Notes: generated by a model from the letters alone, not told the origin. Counted from the first letter of the stretch, positions 51,959 through 61,720 are shown. The stretch is 64,000 bases of DNA from Promethearchaeota archaeon (GCA_048941265.1 JBHLNT010000007.1:1-64000), one strand, 5' to 3'. Made by a program: numbers and translations.

Positions 51959-53071
51959 ATGAAAAGAATTATTTTAAATTTCGAGCAAAAAACCAGTGAT
52001 TTTAAGGAATTAATACAAGAAGCTTTTAACAAAGATATTCTTAATTTTATGGTTTCCAAGGAAACTTATCCCGAGCTTGAAAAAGTTGAGCGTGTAGAGA
52101 TCTATTCTAAAAATTTAGAATTAAATCCGAAATTTAAGATATATGAGAATAAAGCAAAATTATTTGAAGAAATAGAAAAAAGAAAGGGTCAAAGCAACAT
52201 AGGGTTCTATAAGGAATTAAAAACAAAGACAGATGAACAAGAAATTGTAGAACTTTCTAAAATGGGATATGTCGATTTCATCATTGTTTCCGCGAATGAT
52301 TGGAAAATCATTCCTTTTGAAAACCTTATAGCAGAAATGCATTCAAATGAAACTGACTTAATAGCTGAAGTCGATGATGTGAAAGACGCAGAGTTAATGT
52401 TAAAAACACTAGAAATTGGAGTTGATGGAATTTTAATGGCTCCGACTGACGCAAATGATATTGTGGAAATAAAGAAACTTCTCTATACCGGATTTCATAT
52501 TGAATTAACAAAAGCGAAGATATTTAGTATTCAAAGTATTCCTGAAAGCGAGAGAGTATGTATAGATACCACATCATTGCTTCATATTGGAGAAGGTTTT
52601 CTTGTTGGCTCAACAGCCGCTGGTTTTTGTTTAATTCATTCTGAAACATTTGAAACCCAATTTGTTGCCTCAAGACCATTTCGTGTCAACTCGGGTGATG
52701 TATCAGCCTATGTTTTGGTTCCTGATGATGATCCACAAAAAGTTTACCATACAAATTATCTAAGCGAATTAAAAGGAGGTAAGCGGGTTTTAGCTGTAAA
52801 TTATAAAGGTGAAGCTCGAATAGTGTCTGTAGGACGGGTAAAAATAGAGACTCGACCAATGTTAAGATTCGAGTTAGAGGCAATGAAAGGAGATAAGAAA
52901 ATTCCCATAAGCTGTATCTGCCAAAACGCTGAAACAATAAGGTTAGTAGATCCTAGTGGCAAAGCTAAATCTGTAGTTGATATTAAGGTTGGAGATGAAG
53001 TGTTAGTTCATATTGGGCCTGGTGCAACTCATTTTGGGACTGCGATTAAAGAGACGATATTAGAGAAATAA
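51959..53071 (+). CDS. aroB': 3-dehydroquinate synthase II (archaeal)
   Basis: WKIIPFENLIA, LEIGVDG, RVCIDT, GEGFLVGS, RPFRVN, YLSEL, GRVKIETRP, QNAETIRL, ATHFG. Confidence 0.93.
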   Translation: MKRIILNFEQKTSDFKELIQEAFNKDILNFMVSKETYPELEKVERVEIYSKNLELNPKFKIYENKAKLFEEIEKRKGQSNIGFYKELKTKTDEQEIVELSKMGYVDFIIVSANDWKIIPFENLIAEMHSNETDLIAEVDDVKDAELMLKTLEIGVDGILMAPTDANDIVEIKKLLYTGFHIELTKAKIFSIQSIPESERVCIDTTSLLHIGEGFLVGSTAAGFCLIHSETFETQFVASRPFRVNSGDVSAYVLVPDDDPQKVYHTNYLSELKGGKRVLAVNYKGEARIVSVGRVKIETRPMLRFELEAMKGDKKIPISCICQNAETIRLVDPSGKAKSVVDIKVGDEVLVHIGPGATHFGTAIKETILEK

Positions 53072-53265
53072 AAAACACTAGCAGCTAAGCCCAAAACTTA
53101 AAAAGGAGATCAATCAAATTTGGATTTCTTATCTTGCCGGGGTCATATTTCCTCGAAATCGTCATAACCAGACATAACAATTGCGGTACAGTTATAGACA
53201 AGAATATTATTGAAGAGCAAAATTCTCTTTAAAGAAAAAAAATATCTTCTTTATTTTACAACTTT

Positions 53266-53721
53266 TTACTCTTCATACACAGCACTTGTAGTATCACTTT
53301 CTTTTAATCTTATTATAATCTTCTTATTATCATATATCTCTTTTAATTTATCATGAATATATTTTGCTAGTAATTCAGTTGTAGTAGCACGGATAGGAAG
53401 AAATACTACATCTTGACGAGGAAAAACATATCTTTTATTAGCAGTTTTAACTTCAACCGCCTCTCTATTTTCGATTATATGTAGGTCTGAGGCATTTTTT
53501 GGTATTAACACATAATGATCCATTTGTTTTATGATTGATTTTAGGTTCTTTTTAAGTTGAATGAAATCTTCTACAAAGAAATCTTCGTCTAAATCACTAT
53601 TCAGTTCAATGGAAACATAATAATTATGACCATGTAGTCTCGAACATCTTTCAGGTCTTTTTAGGAAATGACACGCACTAAATTTTATTTCTGGAGTATC
53701 AATAATAACTTTAAATCCCAT
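53266..53721 (-). CDS. queD: 6-carboxytetrahydropterin synthase / PTPS family
   Basis: FSACHF, CSRLHGHNY, DF..LK, MDH, TTELLA, E...TSA. Confidence 0.88.
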   Translation of the reverse strand: MGFKVIIDTPEIKFSACHFLKRPERCSRLHGHNYYVSIELNSDLDEDFFVEDFIQLKKNLKSIIKQMDHYVLIPKNASDLHIIENREAVEVKTANKRYVFPRQDVVFLPIRATTTELLAKYIHDKLKEIYDNKKIIIRLKESDTTSAVYEE

Positions 53722-53892
53722 AATTGATAAGACGATGGTGTTAGTGCTATCTAAATTACCTAAATATGAATACTATTTATTTTTAATACTTTTGTGTTTT
53801 AGAATATTAAATTAATTAAGATTACTGTTTTAGAGATTAGAAAAATAAGAAAATTTGTTATTTTTTTAAATTATTTCCCTAAACTATATATA

Positions 53893-55506
53893 TTGGTTTT
53901 AAATAATGGATTAGAGACAGACATGAAAAAACTTAAAAAATTAGCAATCACTGGAGCTAATGGTTATCTAGGAGTTCACACTATAAAGATAGCAACCAAA
54001 AATAATTGGATTGTTAATGCCATAATTCGACGAGAAGACGTAATTAAGGACATATATGAACTTGGAGCGACACCTTTTATAGTAAAAGATTTTGAGATAG
54101 AATCTTTAAAGAAAGCATTTATTGGCTGTAAAGCAGTAATTCATTTTGCAAATGTTGTCTGTGGGAGTAAGGAAGTTTTTGAAGCGATTAATGTTAATGG
54201 AATGAGAAAAATAATTCAAGCATGTTTAGAAACCGACATTAAAAGAATTATTTATCCATCAGGTTTGGGAGTGGATAAATATGGTAATTATGAATGGGCA
54301 AATAATGATTACTTTAAAAGTAAAAAAATTGCTGAACAATTACTCATTGATGGAAAAGTCCCTTATATTATATTTCGTCCGTCATATATCCTAGGACCTA
54401 AAGATGAGTTAATTCCAGAAATTATAAGTCAAATAGTTAACGGTATGATATTAATCGCAGGAAATGGTGATATTCCAATGCAACCTATTTACGTAAAAGA
54501 CGCTATTCAAGCATTTTTAGCTGCCGCTGAAGGAATTGGTGAGAATAATAAAATATATGAACTTGTGGGACCCAAAATAACAAATATGATAGAATTGACA
54601 GATTTTATTTATCAACAGTTAATAAATCAAGGATTTAATATTCCACCTCCTAAAAAGGAATTCATTCCATATGAGGAAGCTCCATTAAAATTGAATATCT
54701 GCAAAGAAATGGTTGATGTGATGAGATGTGACCTAACGGTAGATTATACTAAAACCCCTCAAGCTTTAGGATTTAATTTATCTTCATTAGATGAAGCAAT
54801 AGAAGCTGCAGTCACTGAAAAAATGTTTCCAAAAATAAATCCAAATAAGAAAAAAGCAGTTATTTTACTATCTGGAGGATTGGATTCAACTGTTGCTCTT
54901 TTTTGGGCTTTAAATCAACAATATGACTTATTTGCCATAACAATAAATTATACTAATAGACCACGTAAAGAAATTATTGCGACTAAAAAAATTACGGACT
55001 TATGTAAAGTGAAGCTTCTTGAATTACCGTTATCATTTTTAAAGGATGCAATTGATTTACGTTGTGAGGGATTTCCAATACCGTCTGCTGTCAATGCTCC
55101 TGAAGGATATATTCCTTTACGAAATCTGATATTCTATTCAATAGCAGCCTATTTTGCTGAAGCTCTTGCATGTAAATATATAATTGGAGGACATATCTCA
55201 ACAGACTCAAAAATATTTTCAGATGCTAATGAATCATTTTTTAAATCAATTGAAAAAGTGGTTAATCAATCTAAACACTCTAAAGATAATAAATTCACCA
55301 AATTTATCTTTCCGTTGATCACTATGGATAAAAGGGATGTTATTCAATTAGCAAATAAACTGAATGTGCCTATAGAATTGACATGGAGTTGCTATCATGA
55401 TTTTGATAAACCTTGCGGAAATTGTTTATCTTGCATAAATCGAGAAAAAGCACTTAATCAAAATAATTATAATCATAATGGTAAACCTGAGAAAAAACTT
55501 AAATAA
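53893..55506 (+). CDS. queC: Fusion: NAD(P)-binding SDR (NDUFA9-like) + 7-cyano-7-deazaguanine synthase QueC
   Basis: N-terminal half: ITGANGYLG, YFKSK, FRPSYILG. C-terminal half: LLSGGLDST, YIPLRNLIF, TWSCY...CGNCLSC. Likely start is the ATG at 53923. Confidence 0.88.
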   Translation: MVLNNGLETDMKKLKKLAITGANGYLGVHTIKIATKNNWIVNAIIRREDVIKDIYELGATPFIVKDFEIESLKKAFIGCKAVIHFANVVCGSKEVFEAINVNGMRKIIQACLETDIKRIIYPSGLGVDKYGNYEWANNDYFKSKKIAEQLLIDGKVPYIIFRPSYILGPKDELIPEIISQIVNGMILIAGNGDIPMQPIYVKDAIQAFLAAAEGIGENNKIYELVGPKITNMIELTDFIYQQLINQGFNIPPPKKEFIPYEEAPLKLNICKEMVDVMRCDLTVDYTKTPQALGFNLSSLDEAIEAAVTEKMFPKINPNKKKAVILLSGGLDSTVALFWALNQQYDLFAITINYTNRPRKEIIATKKITDLCKVKLLELPLSFLKDAIDLRCEGFPIPSAVNAPEGYIPLRNLIFYSIAAYFAEALACKYIIGGHISTDSKIFSDANESFFKSIEKVVNQSKHSKDNKFTKFIFPLITMDKRDVIQLANKLNVPIELTWSCYHDFDKPCGNCLSCINREKALNQNNYNHNGKPEKKLK

Positions 55507-56935
55507 ATTTGGGTTTTTTATCTTGCCAAGGAGCGATTTCTTCAAAAGATTTTGAAACTTGTAATACGGTTAATTCGTCAAATTGTGGTCCTATAATTTG
55601 CATCCCTATTGGTAAACCATCTTTTGACCATCCACATGGGATTGATGCTGCGGGATTCCCTGTCATATTAAATGGAAAGGTAAAAGGCATCCATGAAGTA
55701 GGTCCTACTCCCTCTCCATTTATTTCAGGAGGGAACATCATTCCTAACTCAAATGCAGGGATTGCTACGGTAGGTGTTATTAAGATATCATACGCGCTAA
55801 ATAATTTATTAATTTTTTCGTAAAATTTAATACGTATATCCATGGCTTTCATAATGCTTAAACCAGAATAAGTCATTCCAGCATTAATCAGTTTAAGGAA
55901 ATCGGGGTCCATTTTTTCTCTCCATTCTTCTAGATAAGGTTTATAATTATAAGCAAAACTCGCGGTATATAGTGTAGTAAACGCTAAAAAAGGGCTTCTG
56001 ATTTTGAGTCTTATAGGTTCTACAGACCATCCTAATCCTTCGAATTTTTGAACAGCATTAATAACATTTTTCTCAACATCGGCATCAATTATTTTTGCAT
56101 ACCCAAGATTTAAAGTATAAGCTATTTTGAGTTTATCTGGTTTTTCTCTAATTTTAATAAAATAGCTAATATCTTGCTTTGGTAAGCAAGTTCGGTCCAA
56201 ATAATATGGACCTTTTAAAACATCAAGCATTAGAGCAGCATCTTCGACATATCTAACTATAGGACCTTTTTGTGTGAAATAAAATGACACACCAGTTTTT
56301 GGATAATCTGGAACTCGGCCATATTGAGGTTTAATCCCATATACTCCACAAAAACTCGCAGGATGCCTTATACTACCCCCTCCATCTCCACCTAATGCTA
56401 ATGGACTAATTCCACTTGCCACTGCAGCTGCAGCGCCACCACTTGATCCTCCGGGAGTTCTATTTAAGTTCCAAGGATTTTTAGTTGGTCCAAAAATTTT
56501 ATTATCCGTAATACCAGCATACCCAAACTCAGGCGTATTAGTTTTTCCTAAGATTACGACACCTGCTTCTTTCAATCTAGTCACACAAAGCCCATCCTCT
56601 TCGGGAATAAGATTTTCAAAGATTTTACTTCCAAATGTTGTTCGGATTCCTTTAGTTAAATTCAAATCCTTAACTGAAGTCGGTACACCATGTAAGGAGC
56701 CTAATTTCTCACCTTTTTTAACGCTATCATCGGCCTTTTTTGCCATTTCTCTAGCTAAATCAAAAGTGGGAGTACAATATGCATTAATTATAGGATTAAT
56801 CTTTTCAATTCTTTCTATAATTGTTTCAGTTATTTCTAAAGAAGTGAGTTCCTGGGTTTTAATTGCTTTAACTATCTGGGCGGCAGGCATAAGGCAAATA
56901 TCTTCATTATTCATATTTTTAGATCTCTTTAGCAT
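55499..56935 (-). CDS. Amidase signature family enzyme (GatA-like)
   Basis: GVPTSVKD, GKTNTPEF, PGGSSGG, GGDGGGSIRHPAS, GLPIGMQ. Confidence 0.92.
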   Translation of the reverse strand: MLKRSKNMNNEDICLMPAAQIVKAIKTQELTSLEITETIIERIEKINPIINAYCTPTFDLAREMAKKADDSVKKGEKLGSLHGVPTSVKDLNLTKGIRTTFGSKIFENLIPEEDGLCVTRLKEAGVVILGKTNTPEFGYAGITDNKIFGPTKNPWNLNRTPGGSSGGAAAAVASGISPLALGGDGGGSIRHPASFCGVYGIKPQYGRVPDYPKTGVSFYFTQKGPIVRYVEDAALMLDVLKGPYYLDRTCLPKQDISYFIKIREKPDKLKIAYTLNLGYAKIIDADVEKNVINAVQKFEGLGWSVEPIRLKIRSPFLAFTTLYTASFAYNYKPYLEEWREKMDPDFLKLINAGMTYSGLSIMKAMDIRIKFYEKINKLFSAYDILITPTVAIPAFELGMMFPPEINGEGVGPTSWMPFTFPFNMTGNPAASIPCGWSKDGLPIGMQIIGPQFDELTVLQVSKSFEEIAPWQDKKPKFI

Positions 56936-57101
56936 TAATAGAATATATTAAAAATAGATCTAATGTAGTATAAATAATTACTTGTTGAGACTTAATTGAT
57001 TTTCTTAAATTTTCAATAAAATTAAATTCATGATTTGACTATAAAAGATAATAATATTTAATAAAAAGTATCATAGCTAATTTTTAATAGCCAATTTTAT
57101 T

Positions 57102-58385
57102 ATGACAACATATTGGGCCCCTTTACTTCATATTTATCAACCTCCAACTCAAGATATTAAAATTTTGCGGGAAATAAATAAGGACTGTTATAAACCCTTA
57201 TTTTCCGTTCTTGAACAACATGATAATCCGAAATTTACCTTGAATATTAACGGAGTGCTTATTGAGATGTTGTATGAAATCGATTTAGGCGATACAATGG
57301 AACAACTAAAAAATCTAGTTTCCGAAAGCAAAATTGAAATAGTGGGTACGGCTAAATTTCACCCAATTCTCCCATTAATTCCTAATAAGGAAATTTATCA
57401 TCAAATTCAAATGAATGAAGAAATAAATAGAAAAGAATTTGGGAACATCTGGGAAAAAAAGGGTTTCTTTCCACCTGAATTAGCAGTCTCTTCTGAAATT
57501 ACAAGAATTGTACGTGAACTTGGATATAAATGGATTTTACAAAGTGGAATCGCTTGTCCAGTAGAAGAAAAGGGAGTTGATTGGCCATATAATAAAATTT
57601 ATAGGGCTCCAAATGGACTCCAATTATATTTTCGAGATGATATACTTAGTAATAAAATATCTTTTAAGAAAATCACAGCTCAAGAATTTATCAAAGATAT
57701 AAAGATAAAATATAAAGATAAAAAACAAGATTACAAAAATAATACATATATATTAACAGCAATGGATGGTGAAACTTTTGGGCATCACATTAAGAACTAT
57801 GAGAAAATGTTTTTAGGTAAAACCTTAGAATTGCTTACAGAAAAAGAGGGGATTGAAACAATTTTCATCTCTGATTTAGATCAATACTTCCCAGTTGCTA
57901 AAAAGGAGATTATACCAAAAGAATCAAGCTGGAGCACTTCCTATCAGGATATCTTAGATCAGATCCCATATCCATTATGGAAACATCCTGATAATAATAT
58001 TCATAAATATTACTGGAAAATTGTCAAAAGTTTAAATGAATTAATAGATTTAGCTGATTCTTTGGATTTAACAAAAAAATGGGAAATAGAAAATTATTAT
58101 AACACCGCTAGATGGTTTTATGACAGGGGACTTCATTCCTGCCCTACATGGTGGGCAAATCCTCAGAATGGGACATGGAGTCCTAATTTAATATACAATG
58201 GATTAGAACTTTTATTAAAAGCAGCTCTAAATGCTCAAATGGCTTTAATTTATGCTGGTAGGGAAGATGGAGATTCAAATTTTGATTCTATTTCCTACTA
58301 TCATGGTCTATTATTAATGGAACTTTATGCTATTACAAAAAATAATATTAAACATCGAAAAAATCTCAATAAAGAATTAGAATAA
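57102..58385 (+). CDS. Glycoside hydrolase family 57
   Basis: HIYQP, HPILPL, FFPPELA, AMDGETFGHH, SSW. Confidence 0.9.
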   Translation: MTTYWAPLLHIYQPPTQDIKILREINKDCYKPLFSVLEQHDNPKFTLNINGVLIEMLYEIDLGDTMEQLKNLVSESKIEIVGTAKFHPILPLIPNKEIYHQIQMNEEINRKEFGNIWEKKGFFPPELAVSSEITRIVRELGYKWILQSGIACPVEEKGVDWPYNKIYRAPNGLQLYFRDDILSNKISFKKITAQEFIKDIKIKYKDKKQDYKNNTYILTAMDGETFGHHIKNYEKMFLGKTLELLTEKEGIETIFISDLDQYFPVAKKEIIPKESSWSTSYQDILDQIPYPLWKHPDNNIHKYYWKIVKSLNELIDLADSLDLTKKWEIENYYNTARWFYDRGLHSCPTWWANPQNGTWSPNLIYNGLELLLKAALNAQMALIYAGREDGDSNFDSISYYHGLLLMELYAITKNNIKHRKNLNKELE

Positions 58386-58520
58386 GGAGTATCTGTGCAT
58401 CAAATAAAATACATACATAAACTATATAATCTAAAATTCACATAATAAATAAAATAAAAATTGTACTAATTATTTATCATAAACTATTTTTATTGATATT
58501 ACCTTAATTTTTAACAAGCC

Positions 58521-59627
58521 ATGTCTGAAAAAAACGATAATCTAGTTAAATATTGTGTATATTGTGGAGCTAATGTGGGAAAAGGGCAAGTATATTGTCC
58601 AAATTGCGGAAAATTAGTTATAGAGATAAAAGAAACAAAAAGAACAATCCCTCATGAACACGAATCAGAAAAAATATCAACTAAAACAGCAGGAATTTCG
58701 AGGAAATGTCCTAGCTGTGGTTCTATAATCACGTCTACCGTGTTAGAACAATGTCCTATTTGTAATACCTTATTGGAACCAATTCCAGAATCTCTAAAAA
58801 TAAGAACTGCTAAAACGGGATTCGTTTTTACGCGTGAGAAACTTGAACCAGAAATTAGCTATGTTCTTAAAAAGGATGCTTGGAACTTAAAAGAAGGACT
58901 CCATGTTTTTACTACAAGTTTATTAGTCTATATCATTACTGTTTATTTTTTTTTAATCATGTTCGCATGGTCTCAATTAGGGCTTGATAATGAAACATCA
59001 ACAACCGAAATTCCTTTTAACTTAATTCTTTTAAGTCAAATTCCAGGAATGTTACTCGGAGTCTTTCCGTTATGGTATATTAGTACTAAAAAACATTCTT
59101 TTAAAAAATTGGGCTTTCCATCTGATAAAAAGAAAATACTGTCTGCCTTTATTATAGGTTTATTAGGATGCCTTGGTTTAATTGTTATAAATATATTCTC
59201 TAATTTCATAAATGCCATATTCTTTGAATTAGGATTGGATTTTTTTGATATTCAAGAATACTTGGATATGGAAAGCAACGCTATTCGTAGTGGTGGGATC
59301 TGGGTGTTAGTATTGCTATTTGAATTAATCATAACTTCGATTTCTGTAGAGATATTATTTAGAGGAGTATTACATAACACTTTAAAGGAAAGATTTGGAG
59401 CTGAGAAAAGCAAAGGGAGAATTATAACTATTTTAATTGTTGCGTTGGCTTATTCTCTAATTTATTTATTATTTTCCTTTCCGATAGGAATCTTTTTCAT
59501 AGTTTCAAATTTTTTGATTTTTATGTTTCTTGGTTTTCTTTATGAAATAAATGGAAATATTTATAATACAATTATTGCCAGTGTCTTTTATAATATCGTT
59601 CTAATTATTATGATTCTTTATTTGTAA
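58521..59627 (+). CDS. Double zinc ribbon + CPBP/Abi-like membrane domain (catalytic motifs degenerate)
   Basis: Four CxxC pairs; KKLGF; VEILFRG; TM C-terminal half. Confidence 0.8.
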   Translation: MSEKNDNLVKYCVYCGANVGKGQVYCPNCGKLVIEIKETKRTIPHEHESEKISTKTAGISRKCPSCGSIITSTVLEQCPICNTLLEPIPESLKIRTAKTGFVFTREKLEPEISYVLKKDAWNLKEGLHVFTTSLLVYIITVYFFLIMFAWSQLGLDNETSTTEIPFNLILLSQIPGMLLGVFPLWYISTKKHSFKKLGFPSDKKKILSAFIIGLLGCLGLIVINIFSNFINAIFFELGLDFFDIQEYLDMESNAIRSGGIWVLVLLFELIITSISVEILFRGVLHNTLKERFGAEKSKGRIITILIVALAYSLIYLLFSFPIGIFFIVSNFLIFMFLGFLYEINGNIYNTIIASVFYNIVLIIMILYL

Positions 59628-59768
59628 TTCTTTTTATGCAAAATCTCATGTTTTGTAATAAATATATAAATTTAATAATTAGAAAAATAAACTATCTCTA
59701 AGTATTATTAATACCATTGGCAATTCTAATTTATACGACATAATTTATAACATTTGGAGAACTGAGCG

Positions 59769-60491
59769 TTGAGTAAGACTTTTTATAGAAATAAGGGGAG
59801 TAGGGATAATATCGTTATTTCTATAGCTGGGGCTCATGGTGTTGGAAAATCAACGATTTATAATAAATTAAAGAAAAATTTGGAAGATAACAACAAATTT
59901 AAATTCTTTCCAGAGAGATATAAAAAAATTCCCCCATTTCCTTTTGGTTCTTCTAATAAACAAACTGCTTTTAGAAGCGAACTTCATTTTCTCCAACAAT
60001 TAATGAGGAGAAATAAAAGTCTTTTGAATTTTGATGAAAAATACAATGGAAGAATAATAATATTGGATCGCACTCCCATATGTGTTTTAATCTATTCAAA
60101 AAGTTTGAATTTAAAAGAAAAAGATTATCAATTAATTCTCGATACATATAACTCAATTGAATGGAAAGAAGATTATATCATTTATTTGACTGCTAAACCA
60201 GACACGATTTTAAAAAGAATTATTCAAAGAGGCTCTTTAGAAAAAATCAGGAGGGAATGGAATGAAACTGAGAAAAAATATCTATTAACTATTCTTTCCT
60301 ATTATAACCAGTTTTTATCCACAGAAGGCATTAAAAATAAAGTATATACGATTGATACAGATCAAATGACTCCTGAAGTTGTTGTGGAAAAGATTGAAAA
60401 AATAATTGAAAATTTGTCTGGACATTCATTTAAAAAGTCGTTTAAGCCCCCTACAGCTCAAATGAGTATAATTAAGTTTTTAAAAGAGTAA
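59769..60491 (+). CDS. Deoxynucleoside/dNMP kinase family P-loop protein with C-terminal PIP box
   Basis: GAHGVGKST, ILDRT, IIYLTA...RIIQRG; ends QMSIIKFLKE. Confidence 0.82.
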   Translation: MSKTFYRNKGSRDNIVISIAGAHGVGKSTIYNKLKKNLEDNNKFKFFPERYKKIPPFPFGSSNKQTAFRSELHFLQQLMRRNKSLLNFDEKYNGRIIILDRTPICVLIYSKSLNLKEKDYQLILDTYNSIEWKEDYIIYLTAKPDTILKRIIQRGSLEKIRREWNETEKKYLLTILSYYNQFLSTEGIKNKVYTIDTDQMTPEVVVEKIEKIIENLSGHSFKKSFKPPTAQMSIIKFLKE

Positions 60492-60604
60492 AAATAAAAT
60501 CGATAATAAAATATATTAGGATATTTTTTTACATTATACTTAGAGTAATTAATGTATATTTCGAATATATTTTAACATAAATATAAAGAATGAAGTAAGG
60601 AAAA

Positions 60605-61609
60605 ATGTCAGATCTCGCGGATGATATTCGATTAAATATGATGAATATTTTAAAAGCAGAAGAAGCAAAAACTGACTTGGATAACCTTTCAGTGATATCA
60701 AGAGTAGGCATGAAAGTAGCCTCAGCAAATTCTGCAGAATTGGATGCTGATGCAACCTCAGCATCAAGCACCGCATTAATAGACTTAGGTTTAAGACTTG
60801 CAGAAGCGACAAATCATGGTGATTTGAAAGAAATTGTTTTACATAATAAAAGCGGATATTCAATTTTGATGGCTGTGAATGATGAGTATATAGTCTTCGG
60901 TGGTTTGAAAACTGTATATCGTATCGGGTATTACTTAGGATATTTAAGAGAGTTAGTGAAAAAATTAAATATATTAATTTCTGGAGGTGAAATTAGTGAA
61001 ATGGCACTTTCCTTACAAGAAGAAGAATTGGAGAAGATAAAAAAACAAAAAGAAGAAACTGAAGCAGCTCAAATAGTAATACCTTCTATTGAACAAGATA
61101 GACAAGCGATGGATGAGTTGCTTGGATTCTTAGATGACTGGGATAAAGAAGAAAAAGAGGCAATGGGGGTGGAAGATTTTGAAGATCTAGAAACAAATAA
61201 TATTGTCTCAATTCCAAAAACAATGGCGATTGGAATTTCCAAAGATGATGAGATGGTTACTATTCCAGAAGAAGTGATTAGAGAAGTCCAAAGAGAGGAT
61301 GAAACACAATTTAAACTATATGAGGATGAGGTCCCTCCCATTCCACTCGAAGACTACACTCCAATGGAAATTGAAGATCAATCCTCTCAAGAAACACCTG
61401 CTCAAGTCAGTGAATCATACCCTAAAACTTCAGATTTAAGTCAAGCTGCGGAATTTCCCAAGACTGATCAAATTCCCTCGTTTGATGACCTTAAGCCTCC
61501 CGATTTTGAGTCAACTGCTACGGAATATGATACTGAATTTGTGTTAGAAGAAGAATCAGAAGCCTTAGATTCGGTTTTAAAAGATCTTGGATGGGAAGAA
61601 GATGAATAA
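60605..61609 (+). CDS. Roadblock/LC7 domain protein with long acidic disordered tail
   Basis: SVISRVGMKVAS...SASSTALIDLG.RL...GDLKEIVL....GYSIL roadblock pattern; about 200-aa E/D/P-rich tail. Confidence 0.85.
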   Translation: MSDLADDIRLNMMNILKAEEAKTDLDNLSVISRVGMKVASANSAELDADATSASSTALIDLGLRLAEATNHGDLKEIVLHNKSGYSILMAVNDEYIVFGGLKTVYRIGYYLGYLRELVKKLNILISGGEISEMALSLQEEELEKIKKQKEETEAAQIVIPSIEQDRQAMDELLGFLDDWDKEEKEAMGVEDFEDLETNNIVSIPKTMAIGISKDDEMVTIPEEVIREVQREDETQFKLYEDEVPPIPLEDYTPMEIEDQSSQETPAQVSESYPKTSDLSQAAEFPKTDQIPSFDDLKPPDFESTATEYDTEFVLEEESEALDSVLKDLGWEEDE

Positions 61610-61720
61610 TTAATTACTTAAATATTTTCAACTAATTCTGATAAATCATTTTTTCTCGTATATTATAAATAAAATAAAGTTAATTAAAAAAGAGCTAAAA
61701 AAAATCTAATTTTAAAAAGT

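Noticed and set aside
53132-53203. tRNA or SECIS element
   Set aside because: tRNA-sized, but lacks the T-loop (TTCRA), the D-loop GG and a 7-bp acceptor stem. Neither flanking gene has an in-frame TGA, and the SECIS-like helix pairs poorly.
53893-55506. QatABCD or Dpd anti-phage/DNA modification island
   Set aside because: No qatA/B/D, dpdA or mobile/defence context; the QueC domain is compact and canonical.
55499-56935. gatA of Glu-tRNA amidotransferase
   Set aside because: No gatB/gatC neighbours and no GatA-specific features; called a generic amidase.
3925-61341. Numerous short antisense/overlapping ORFs in the ORF track (e.g. 3925..4194, 5880..6206, 14291..14608, 23948..24319, 46231..46611, 60549..60863)
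   Set aside because: They are shadows of well-supported genes, with Ser/Phe/Ile-rich antisense composition and no motifs.
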